A stretch of 55,547 nt of DNA. Source: Polyangia bacterium (lineage in GTDB: Bacteria; Myxococcota_A; Polyangia; Fen-1088). Position numbers and translations under genes: made by a program. The notes under the pieces are model-generated. The model had not been told where the DNA came from. It worked only from the letters and a program-made list of their open reading frames with translations, and searched no databases. The stretch is from assembly GCA_038325725.1 (NCBI GenBank), contig JBBQJG010000002.1, forward strand, positions 1-55,547. The letters are read 5' to 3'. Shown piece after piece: positions 17,108-25,664 of this stretch. Position 1 is the stretch's first letter. Each line of letters opens with the position of its first letter.

Positions 17108-18787
17108 ATGGCAGCGCCCGCGTCCCCGCCCACGCGCGCGGCCACGCTCGAGCGGCTCGGGCGCGCGACGCGCGACGAGCTGGACTTGCTCGTGATCGGC
17201 GGCGGCGCCACGGGCGCGGGCATCGTGCGCGACGCGGCTCTGCGCGGCCTCACCGTCGCGCTCGTCGAGGCCGGTGACTTCGCGAGCCAGACGTCGAGCC
17301 AGTCCTCGCGTCTCGTCCACGGCGGCCTTCGCTATCTGCAGTACGGCGACCTGCGCCTCGTGTTCGAGGGACTGCGCGAGCGCCGCAACCTCATGACGAT
17401 GGCGCCGCACCTGTGCCGCCCCGTAGAGTTTCTCTTCCCCGGCTACGAGGGAGAGAGCCCCGGGCTCTTCACCGAGGGCCTCGGCATCAAGCTCTACAAC
17501 GCGCTCGCGCTGTGGCGTCCTCCTGCGTCTTCGCGAAGGCTCGCGGCGCGCGAGGTCTACGAGGCGGCGCCCTTTCTCCGCAGCGCGGGTCTCCTCGGCG
17601 CGCAGGCCTATGTCGATTGTCAGACGGACGACGCCCGCCTCGTGCTCGAGAACATCCTCGATGCCGAGCGCGCGGGCGCCGACGTGCTCTCGCACGCGCC
17701 CGTGACGTCGTTGTTGCACGACGAGCGCGGCCGGCTGCGCGGCGCGCACGTCGCGCCCGACGGCGCCGGCGCTCCCATCGATCTGCACGCCCGCGTCGTC
17801 GTCAACGCGACGGGCCCCTTCTCCGATACCTTCGATCGAGGCCGACAGAACCTGCGCCCCACCCTCGGCGTCCACATCATCGTCGACGCCGCGAGGTTGC
17901 CGCACGGCGGTCGCGTCGTCGTGCTGCGCTCGCCGCGCGACAACCGCTTGTTCTTCGTGCTGCCCGCGGGGCCGCGTACGGTCGTCGGCACGACGGACAC
18001 TGACTGGACGCAGCCCGGCAGCGCCGACGCGCGCGCGGCGCCGCGTCTCGGCGACGTCATCCGCGCGCGTGGCGCCGACGTCGCCTATCTGCTCGAGGCC
18101 CTCAACCATGCGTATCCGCCGGCGCGCCTCGGCACCGACGATGTCCTCGCGACGACGGCCGGCCTCCGTCCGCTCGTCGCGACGCCGGCGCACACGCCGT
18201 CGCAGACCTCGCGCGAGCACGAGCTGCTGCGCGAGCCCGACGGGCTGCTCACGATCGTCGGCGGCAAGCTGACGACGCTGCGGAGCATGGGCGAGCAAGT
18301 CGTCGACGCCGTCGTCGAGATCCTCGCCGACAAGGGACGCGAAGCCCCGCTCGGTCCTTGCGTGACGGCGACGCGCCCCTTGCCAGGGGGCGGCGCTCTC
18401 CCTGCGCCGTCCGCGGCGTTCTCGGTCCTACCCGACGACGTTCAGGCACACCTGCTCGCGACCTACGGCGCCCTCGCGGGCGACGTGCTGGCGCCGAGCA
18501 TCGCCGCGCCCGCGCTCGCGACGCGCGTCGATCCCGAGCTCCCGTACCTGTGGGCCGAGGTCGTCCACGCCATTCACGCCGAGCACGCGCGCGAGGTCGC
18601 CGACGTGCTCGCGCGCCGCGTGCCGCTCTTTCGTCAGGCGCGCGACCAGGGGCTCGGCGTCGCGCCGCTCGTCGCGGCCTCACTGGGCGAGCTCCTCGGC
18701 TGGACCGCCTCGCGCCGCCAGCAGTCCCTCGATGCGTATGTCGCGGCCGTCGAAGCGTCGCGCGCCTGGCGCCACGACCCGCCTTAG
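17108..18787 (+). CDS. glpD: FAD-dependent glycerol-3-phosphate dehydrogenase
   Basis: ATG 17108. DLLVIGGGATGAGIVRDAALRGLTVALVE..FASQTSSQSSRLVHGGLRYL is the typical GlpD N-terminus. It sits 8 nt downstream of aspS. Confidence 0.85.
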   Translation: MAAPASPPTRAATLERLGRATRDELDLLVIGGGATGAGIVRDAALRGLTVALVEAGDFASQTSSQSSRLVHGGLRYLQYGDLRLVFEGLRERRNLMTMAPHLCRPVEFLFPGYEGESPGLFTEGLGIKLYNALALWRPPASSRRLAAREVYEAAPFLRSAGLLGAQAYVDCQTDDARLVLENILDAERAGADVLSHAPVTSLLHDERGRLRGAHVAPDGAGAPIDLHARVVVNATGPFSDTFDRGRQNLRPTLGVHIIVDAARLPHGGRVVVLRSPRDNRLFFVLPAGPRTVVGTTDTDWTQPGSADARAAPRLGDVIRARGADVAYLLEALNHAYPPARLGTDDVLATTAGLRPLVATPAHTPSQTSREHELLREPDGLLTIVGGKLTTLRSMGEQVVDAVVEILADKGREAPLGPCVTATRPLPGGGALPAPSAAFSVLPDDVQAHLLATYGALAGDVLAPSIAAPALATRVDPELPYLWAEVVHAIHAEHAREVADVLARRVPLFRQARDQGLGVAPLVAASLGELLGWTASRRQQSLDAYVAAVEASRAWRHDPP

Positions 18788-18792
18788 CCCGC

Positions 18793-19944
18793 CTATTCGC
18801 GCGTCGACAGCAGCGCGGGCAACGTGACCGTCACCTCGGCGCCGCCGCCCTCGCGGTTGCGCGCGGCGATCTTGCCGCCATGGTCTTGGACGATCGCGTA
18901 CGCGACGGCGAGCCCGAGTCCCCGCCCTTTGCCCTCTTCCTTCGTCGTGAAGAAGGGATCGTACAGGCGCAGCAAGTTCTCCTCGGCGATGCCCGTGCCG
19001 CGATCGCGCACGATGATGCGTACCTCGTCGGTGTCGAAGACGGTCGCGATCTCGACCTCGCCCCTGCGGCCGCCACTGTCGAGCGCGTTCGAGAGCAGCT
19101 GCGAGACGACCTGTTGGAGCTGCCACGGGTCGCCCATGACGGGCGGCATACGCTCGGCGAGCGCGAGCTGCGCCGGCAGCGCCCGCTCGGGCTCGCGCGC
19201 CGTGAACGCGCGCACGGTGTCCCGCACGACGTCGTTCGCGAGGAGGCTGCGCCGGTCGGTGCCCGACGCCTGCCGCGAAAAGCGCACGAGCGCGTCGACG
19301 ATGTCCTTGCACCGCAGGGCGCTCTTTTCGATCTCGCGCAGATAGTCCGCGCGCTCGGCCTCCGTGACGGCGCCGCGCTGGAGGATCTGCGTGAAGGCGA
19401 GGATGCCGCCCAGGGGGTTGTTGATCTCGTGCGCGACGCCGCCTGCGAGCCGCCCGATCGCCGAGAGCCGCTCGGCGCTCGCGAGCTCGGCCGCCATGAC
19501 CCGCTCGTCGGTGACGTCGTGATAGTGGCAGACCGTGAGCGTCTCGTCGGGATCGAGCACGGGGAACGCCCGCAGCGTGTACGTGCGCCCATGCGTCGCG
19601 CGGACCTCGCCCTCGGCGGCCGTGCCGCAGCGCTGTGCCTCCGCGACGGGGCACCCCGTGCAGGGCTGCGCGCCGCTGCCGATGAGCTTGTGCGTCGATG
19701 CCGCCCGAACCTCGTGGCACCGCTGCCCCACGACGCGTTGAATCGCCGTACCCAGCTCGTCGGCGAGCGCGAGGTTCGCGCGCTTGATGACGTAGCCGCG
19801 GTCTACGATCATGAGCGGCTCCGAGATCGCATCGAAGGTGCGCTCCCATTGCCGCTTGGCCACCGACACGAGCACGCGTGTCTCGTCGTCGAGCTTTTCG
19901 TCGGGAGCCTTCGTCATGGGCGCAGCGAGCACATTGTGTCTCAC
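18793..19944 (-). CDS. Cytoplasmic PAS-type sensor histidine kinase
   Basis: No TM segment. PAS-like N-terminus. H-box HEINNPLGGILAF. N/G boxes LLSNALDS, DRGTGI, GRGLGLAVAY. The start is GTG 19944 (a GTGA overlap with the upstream stop) or ATG 19917. Confidence 0.85.
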   Translation of the reverse strand: MRHNVLAAPMTKAPDEKLDDETRVLVSVAKRQWERTFDAISEPLMIVDRGYVIKRANLALADELGTAIQRVVGQRCHEVRAASTHKLIGSGAQPCTGCPVAEAQRCGTAAEGEVRATHGRTYTLRAFPVLDPDETLTVCHYHDVTDERVMAAELASAERLSAIGRLAGGVAHEINNPLGGILAFTQILQRGAVTEAERADYLREIEKSALRCKDIVDALVRFSRQASGTDRRSLLANDVVRDTVRAFTAREPERALPAQLALAERMPPVMGDPWQLQQVVSQLLSNALDSGGRRGEVEIATVFDTDEVRIIVRDRGTGIAEENLLRLYDPFFTTKEEGKGRGLGLAVAYAIVQDHGGKIAARNREGGGAEVTVTLPALLSTRE

Positions 19945-20303
19945 AAAATAGTTTTCACGCCATCGATCGCACGCAGCTTCGCGTAAAGGACGAGCACGTG
20001 CTCGGCGCTCGCGACCTGGACCGTGATGCGGTGGCTCACGTACTTGCCGCCTGCGGACGGTTTTCGCTCGTGAGCCCCTGCCGCGATCGCCTCCGCCACG
20101 GCCTCTTCGAAGGCGGCCTCGGCGATCCGCGCGGCGACATCCTCCGCGTTGAGCGCGATCACCGAAAGCGAGTAGGCCGTCGGGAATTCATGGTTCGCCT
20201 CGAGGAGAGCAATCGCGCGCGCCCGCTCGTCGCCCGCATCTTTGCTGACGGCTTCGCTGTCGCCTTCGCCGACGGCTTCGTCGACCTCACGCGGCCCGCT
20301 CAA
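19941..20303 (-). CDS. DUF493 (YbeD-like) family protein
   Basis: The C-terminal ~90 aa match the YbeD pattern (LLEANHEFPTAYSLSVIA...GGKYVSHRITVQVASAEHVLVLYAKLRAIDGVKTIL). The only plausible in-frame start is TTG 20303, which overlaps the upstream stop (TTGA). Confidence 0.6.
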   Translation of the reverse strand: MSGPREVDEAVGEGDSEAVSKDAGDERARAIALLEANHEFPTAYSLSVIALNAEDVAARIAEAAFEEAVAEAIAAGAHERKPSAGGKYVSHRITVQVASAEHVLVLYAKLRAIDGVKTIL

Positions 20304-21334
20304 TTGAGGCCGCTTCGAGCAGAAACCGACGCGGCCCCCAGGTGCACGGGCAGCGGCTTGTTCGTGCGCAGGACCTGTACGGGCAGCACGATGCGCATCG
20401 ACTCGGGCAGCGGTTCGAAGAACCAAGAAGAGATCACGTTCGACATGCAGACGTCCACGGGGCATTCCTTGCCATAGGTCGATCGCGCGATCCAGCTCGT
20501 GCGGATCTCCCCGTCTCGCGCGAGGGAGAGCCCCACGCCGACGTACCCCGGGTGCTGGCAGGACAGCGGCAGCGGGTCGAAGCAGGTGTACAGCGTCGCC
20601 GCCTGGATCTGCGCCTCCTGTCGCAAGAGCTTCTCGACCTCCCACGGCGAAGAATCCGCCGGGATGGCCGACCTCATGTCGTGCTCGCCGAGGAGAGCGC
20701 CCGCGGGCACTGTGCAAAAGAACGTCGCGAGGGCCGCGAGCTGGATCGGCACCAACGCACGCCGCACGAAGGGCCGGCAGAATCCCGAAGAGAGCGCGAT
20801 GCGCGCCCCCTCGGACGCGAGCCCGCGGATCGCGAACGTCGTCTTGGCGATCGCGATCTCGGCGTGCACGCCGTCCGCAAGCGCCACGCGGGCGCGCCCC
20901 ATTCCGTCAATGGCGCGGGTTCGCTGGCCGGCGGCCGTCGCCGCGTCTTCGATGATGCCGCTCATGCCGGGCGCGATCGCGAGCTCGTACCGTTGCCCGC
21001 GGCGTCGCACGAGGGTGATGGGCAGCGGCGAGAACGCGTCGTCGTCGAGGTCGAGACCAATCGTGTAGTGCCCCGCGCGACGACGGGCCCGCGCCGCGGC
21101 GGCGAGCGTCAGCACGATGCCGAGCGCCGACCACAACGCGACGAACACGGGGCCGTGAATGATTCGGTGTCCCGCGAGGAGCCCGAGCGCCAACAGCGTC
21201 CCCGCCGCGAGCGTCACCGAGAGGACGACGAGCGCGGCGCGCGCGGCGGCGCGCCGTTCGTTTTGCGGCGAGAGAATGCGGACGGAGAGCGTCTCTCCGT
21301 TTACGAGATGCGCGATCTGAACGCTCTGTTTCAC
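20300..21334 (-). CDS. Membrane protein with Cys-containing C-terminal domain resembling the AgmX/PglI (TonB-C-like) tail
   Basis: GTG 21334 with a GAGGGG SD. Two TM segments (AALVVLSVTLAAGTLLALGLLAG; VFVALWSALGIVLTLAAA). The C-terminus reads ...LYTCFDPLPLSCQHPGYVGVGLSLARDGEIRTSWIARSTYGKECPVDVCMSNVISSWFFEPLP. The family call is tentative. Confidence 0.6.
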   Translation of the reverse strand: MKQSVQIAHLVNGETLSVRILSPQNERRAAARAALVVLSVTLAAGTLLALGLLAGHRIIHGPVFVALWSALGIVLTLAAAARARRRAGHYTIGLDLDDDAFSPLPITLVRRRGQRYELAIAPGMSGIIEDAATAAGQRTRAIDGMGRARVALADGVHAEIAIAKTTFAIRGLASEGARIALSSGFCRPFVRRALVPIQLAALATFFCTVPAGALLGEHDMRSAIPADSSPWEVEKLLRQEAQIQAATLYTCFDPLPLSCQHPGYVGVGLSLARDGEIRTSWIARSTYGKECPVDVCMSNVISSWFFEPLPESMRIVLPVQVLRTNKPLPVHLGAASVSARSGLN

Positions 21335-21348
21335 GCTGTTCCCCTCTG

Positions 21349-21363
21349 CGCTGACTGTCAGCG
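21349..21363. promoter_or_regulatory. Perfect 7-1-7 palindrome CGCTGAC-T-GTCAGCG in the leader of the minus-strand operon that starts at 21334
   Basis: It lies 15-29 nt upstream of GTG 21334, just 5' of the GAGGGG SD. A TAGAAT -10-like hexamer sits at 21368-21373 on the minus strand. It may be an operator or a leader hairpin; its function is unknown. Confidence 0.3.
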
Positions 21364-21635
21364 AAAAATTCTACTCGCTCCTCGCGATGGCGCCGCTGCG
21401 AAGTTCCGGAACGAGGTTCCTCGGAGCTGGCTCCAACGCGGGGGTGCAAAAGCGCGTACGCACCTCTTTCGGCAGGTCGTGACGTCAGTGTGACAACCAA
21501 GTCGCGCTTTTCCGCCGCAAATCACGATTTCGTCTCCTTGCAACCGAAGACGGGGTGCGTAGCGTGGTACGCGCGTGTGCCCCTCCCGACGCGCCGGTGA
21601 GCTAGTAATTTCAGCCACTTAAGAAAATTCCCGCC

Positions 21636-21651
21636 TGGCACAAGGCGTGCT
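21636..21651 (+). promoter_or_regulatory. Candidate sigma-54 (-24/-12) promoter
   Basis: TGGCAC-aaggc-GTGCT has correct GG..GC spacing and matches the consensus TGGCAC-N5-TTGCW at 10 of 11 positions. It lies 37 nt upstream of ATG 21688 in an AT-rich intergenic region. Confidence 0.5.
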
Positions 21652-21687
21652 AAATGTCGGCGCGACCTTCTGGGAGGAGGGTTCTAG

Positions 21688-21906
21688 ATGCCTCAACTCG
21701 TCACCCAAACGAAGCCCGGGGATAAGACCTCGGCCACGGTTCCCTCGACGATGCCGAACCGTGAAAAGGCTCTCAAAATCCTTTCGAAGTCGATCTACAA
21801 GGAGATGCGCCAGAACGGCTACGAGCCAAAGCAGATCGTCGCCCTCGCGACGGAGCTCATCAGCCTCGTGACCTCGGACATCAAGGAAGATTCAAGGCTC
21901 GATTAG
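21688..21906 (+). CDS. Small (72 aa) hypothetical protein, predicted helical; family not recognised
   Basis: A strong SD (gggaggaggg, 21672-21681) sits 7 nt before the ATG. Its Lys/Ile/Ser/Thr/Glu-rich composition is unlike GC shadow ORFs. An intrinsic terminator lies downstream and a candidate sigma-54 promoter upstream. Confidence 0.55.
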   Translation: MPQLVTQTKPGDKTSATVPSTMPNREKALKILSKSIYKEMRQNGYEPKQIVALATELISLVTSDIKEDSRLD

Positions 21907-21952
21907 CGGGCATTTTTTCTAGCATTCAGATCCCGCTTCGAGCATTCTTCCG

Positions 21953-21978
21953 CGCGCCCCAAGGGGCGCGTTTTTTTT
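21953..21978 (+). terminator. Rho-independent terminator
   Basis: The stem cgcgccc(c)/(g)gggcgcg (21953-21960 with 21963-21970) is followed directly by T8 (21971-21978). It starts about 45 nt after the stop of the small ORF. Confidence 0.75.
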
Positions 21979-21993
21979 GCGCCCTGTCGTCTT

Positions 21994-22019
21994 TTTTACC
22001 TTCGGGTTTTACCTTCGGG
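21994..22019. repeat. Two tandem copies of the 13-mer TTTTACCTTCGGG, just upstream of the pgk ribosome-binding site
   Basis: Exact copies at 21994-22006 and 22007-22019. pgk starts at ATG 22035. Confidence 0.8.
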
Positions 22020-22034
22020 GAGCAAACGTAAGCC

Positions 22035-23219
22035 ATGGCAATCAAGACTATTTCCGAGCTCGACATCGCGGGGCGACGTCTCTTCGTCCGCGTCGACTTC
22101 AACGTTCCTCTGACCCCTGCGGGCGGCGTCGCCGATGACACGCGCATCCGCGAGAGCCTGCCGACGATCAAGTACGCGATCGGCCAGGGCGCGCGGGTCG
22201 TGCTCGCTTCTCATCTTGGCCGGCCCAAGGGCAAGGTCGACAAGAAGTACTCGCTCGAGCCCGTCGCGGCCCACCTCGCTGGGCTGCTCGGCGTCGACGT
22301 CGCGCTCACCGACGAGCCCGTCGGCGACGGCGCGCGCAAGGTCGTCAACGATCTCAAGGCCGGCTCCGTCGCGCTCCTCGAGAACTTGCGCTTCGCCGCC
22401 GGCGAAGAAGAGAACGACGAGACGTTCGCGCGAGCGCTCGCGAGCTACTGCGACGTCTACGTCAATGACGCCTTTGGAACGGCGCACCGGGCGCACGCGT
22501 CGACGGCCGGCATTACTAAGTTCGTGTCCTCGAAGGGCATGGGCCTGCTCATGGAGCGCGAGGTGAAGTTCCTCGGCAAGCTGCTCGGCGACGTCGAGCG
22601 TCCGTTCGTCGCCATCATCGGCGGCGCGAAGGTCTCGGACAAGATCGCCGTCCTCGAGAACCTCTTGCCGCGCGTGAACCAGCTACTCATCGGCGGCGCC
22701 ATGGCGAACACCTTCCTCAAGGCCAAGGGCGGCCACCTCGGTCGCTCGCTCGTCGAGGAGGACAAGCTCGCCCTCGCCCGCTCGTTCCTCAAGAAGGCCG
22801 ACGAGGCCGGCGTCGACGTGCTCTTGCCGCGCGATGCGGTGGCCGCCGCCGGGATCAAGGCCGAATCGGGTCGCGTCGTGCAGGCCTCGGAGATCCCCGA
22901 TGACCTCGCGGCGCTCGACATCGGTCCCGAGACGGCGCGCGGTTTCGCCGACGCCGTGGCGCGAGCCAAGACGATCCTGTGGAACGGTCCCATGGGCGTC
23001 TTCGAGTCGGCGCCCTTCGCGGCGGGGACGTTCGCCGTCGCGAAGGCCATCGCCGAGACGAAGGGCGTCCTGTCTGTTGTCGGAGGCGGCGATTCGGTCG
23101 CGGCCATTCACAAAGCCGGCGTCGCCGACAAGATCTCGCACATCTCGACGGGTGGCGGCGCCTCCCTCGAGTTCCTCGAGGGCAAGACCCTGCCGGGTCT
23201 CCTCGCGCTCGAGAGCTGA
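22035..23219 (+). CDS. pgk: Phosphoglycerate kinase
   Basis: 394 aa. Typical blocks: RVDFNVPL, SHLGRPKG, NLRF, AFGTAHRAHAS, GGAKVSDKI, GGGDS, STGGGASLEFLEG. Confidence 0.95.
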   Translation: MAIKTISELDIAGRRLFVRVDFNVPLTPAGGVADDTRIRESLPTIKYAIGQGARVVLASHLGRPKGKVDKKYSLEPVAAHLAGLLGVDVALTDEPVGDGARKVVNDLKAGSVALLENLRFAAGEEENDETFARALASYCDVYVNDAFGTAHRAHASTAGITKFVSSKGMGLLMEREVKFLGKLLGDVERPFVAIIGGAKVSDKIAVLENLLPRVNQLLIGGAMANTFLKAKGGHLGRSLVEEDKLALARSFLKKADEAGVDVLLPRDAVAAAGIKAESGRVVQASEIPDDLAALDIGPETARGFADAVARAKTILWNGPMGVFESAPFAAGTFAVAKAIAETKGVLSVVGGGDSVAAIHKAGVADKISHISTGGGASLEFLEGKTLPGLLALES

Positions 23220-23230
23220 GCCCAGCACTC

Positions 23231-24016
23231 ATGTCGACGTCGACCCCGAGCCGCAAGCGGCGCCCCTTCTTCTGTGGGAACTGGAAGCTCAACGGCACGA
23301 TTGCCGAATCGCTGAGCCTCGCTGCGGACGTACGTAACGGTGTCGCGAGCGCGGCGCGCGCGGCCGACGTCGTCGTGGCCCCGACCTTCACGGCCCTCCA
23401 CGCCGTCGCGAAGCGCCTCGAGGACGGTCCCGTCGGCGTGGCGGCCCAGAACTGTTCTTGGGAAGCCAAGGGAGCGTTTACTGGCGAGGTGTCGCCGGCG
23501 CAGCTCGTCGACGTCGGCTGCAAGTACGTCATCCTCGGGCATTCCGAGCGGCGGCAACTCTTCGGTGAGCTCGACGCGAGCGTGAATCTCAAGGCCCGCG
23601 CCGCGCTCGCGGCGGGTCTCGCGCCCATCATCTGCATCGGCGAGACGCTCTCCGAGCGCGACGCGGGCGAGACGCTGGGGCGCATCCAGGCCCAGCTCGA
23701 GGGCGCGCTCGCCGACATTGGCGCCACCGAGTTGGCCCGCTGCCTCATCGCTTACGAGCCCGTATGGGCCATCGGCACGGGGCGCAACGCGACCCCAGCC
23801 CAGGCCCAAGAGGTTCACGCTTTCATCCGGGCTCGTGTGGCGGCAAAATCACCCGCGGTCGCCGAGGGCCTCCGCATCCTCTACGGGGGAAGCATGAAGC
23901 CCGACAACGTCCGCGCGCTCATGGCCGAAGCGGATGTCGACGGAGGCCTCATCGGGGGCGCTTCGTTGGTGGCCGAATCGTTCGTTCGTCTCGTGCAACA
24001 GGGAATTGAGGGCTGA
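23231..24016 (+). CDS. tpiA: Triose-phosphate isomerase
   Basis: ATG 23231. Typical blocks: FFCGNWKLNG, GHSERR, IAYEPVWAIGTG, YGGS. Confidence 0.95.
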   Translation: MSTSTPSRKRRPFFCGNWKLNGTIAESLSLAADVRNGVASAARAADVVVAPTFTALHAVAKRLEDGPVGVAAQNCSWEAKGAFTGEVSPAQLVDVGCKYVILGHSERRQLFGELDASVNLKARAALAAGLAPIICIGETLSERDAGETLGRIQAQLEGALADIGATELARCLIAYEPVWAIGTGRNATPAQAQEVHAFIRARVAAKSPAVAEGLRILYGGSMKPDNVRALMAEADVDGGLIGGASLVAESFVRLVQQGIEG

Positions 24017-24021
24017 TCGTC

Positions 24022-24699
24022 ATGACGACGTTTTTGACCGTACTTCACGTGACCGTTTGTTTGTTCCTGATCCTCGTGGTGCTGCTGCAGGCCGGCAAGG
24101 GCGGCGGCATGGGCATCGCGTTCGGCGGCGGAGGCGGCAGCCAGACCGTCTTCGGCTCGTCGGGGGCGGGTAACTTCCTCACGAAGCTCACGTCGGTGAC
24201 GGCGTTCATCTTCCTCGTGACGTCGCTCGGTCTGGCGCACTACTCGAGCCAGCAGGACTCGAAGCGTCTGCAGCGGCTCGCGGAGCACAAGACCGAGGAG
24301 AAGAAGGTCGAAGACGAGCGCGCCGTGAAGCTCAAGGCCGACCTCGACAAGGCGCGGGAGGCCGCCAAGAAGACGGGCGCTCCCGAGGCGCCGAAGACGT
24401 GGGACTCCCCGGTGGGCGCCGCGGCCGCGTTGCCGACGCCGACGTCGAAGGCCGGCGAGAAGGCCGTCGCCAAGGATTCAGCGAAAGAGCCCGCGAAGGA
24501 CTCGCCCAAGGCGGCCCCGAAGACCCTCGTGAAGGACAAGGCGGTCGAGGCCGCCCCCTCTGTCGCCGCGCCGACGGACGGCACGGCCGCGCCTGTGAAG
24601 CCGAAGAGGAAGCGCCGCACCGCACCGCCCGTCGAGGGCGCTGAGGGCGCGGCGGCTCCCGCGGCCCCGGCGGAAGCGCCGGCCGCTCCCGCGCAGTAG
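24022..24699 (+). CDS. secG: Preprotein translocase subunit SecG with a long low-complexity C-terminal extension
   Basis: The N-terminal ~75 aa form the SecG core (LFLILVVLLQAGKGGGMG..FGG..SQTVFGSSGAGNFLTKLT + second TM). The remaining ~150 aa are Lys/Glu/Ala/Pro-rich. It occupies the classic position after pgk-tpiA. Confidence 0.85.
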   Translation: MTTFLTVLHVTVCLFLILVVLLQAGKGGGMGIAFGGGGGSQTVFGSSGAGNFLTKLTSVTAFIFLVTSLGLAHYSSQQDSKRLQRLAEHKTEEKKVEDERAVKLKADLDKAREAAKKTGAPEAPKTWDSPVGAAAALPTPTSKAGEKAVAKDSAKEPAKDSPKAAPKTLVKDKAVEAAPSVAAPTDGTAAPVKPKRKRRTAPPVEGAEGAAAPAAPAEAPAAPAQ

Positions 24700-24711
24700 A
24701 CTGGCGACGGC

Positions 24712-25647
<936 letters not shown>

Positions 25648-25664
25648 ACCCCGCGCACCAGCGC

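Noticed and set aside
21358-21618. 86-aa minus-strand ORF in the AT-rich intergenic island.
   Set aside because: It has no SD, a Cys/Arg-rich composition and no motifs. It overlaps the likely promoter and leader of the operon that starts at 21334 and the upstream region of the sigma-54 promoter.
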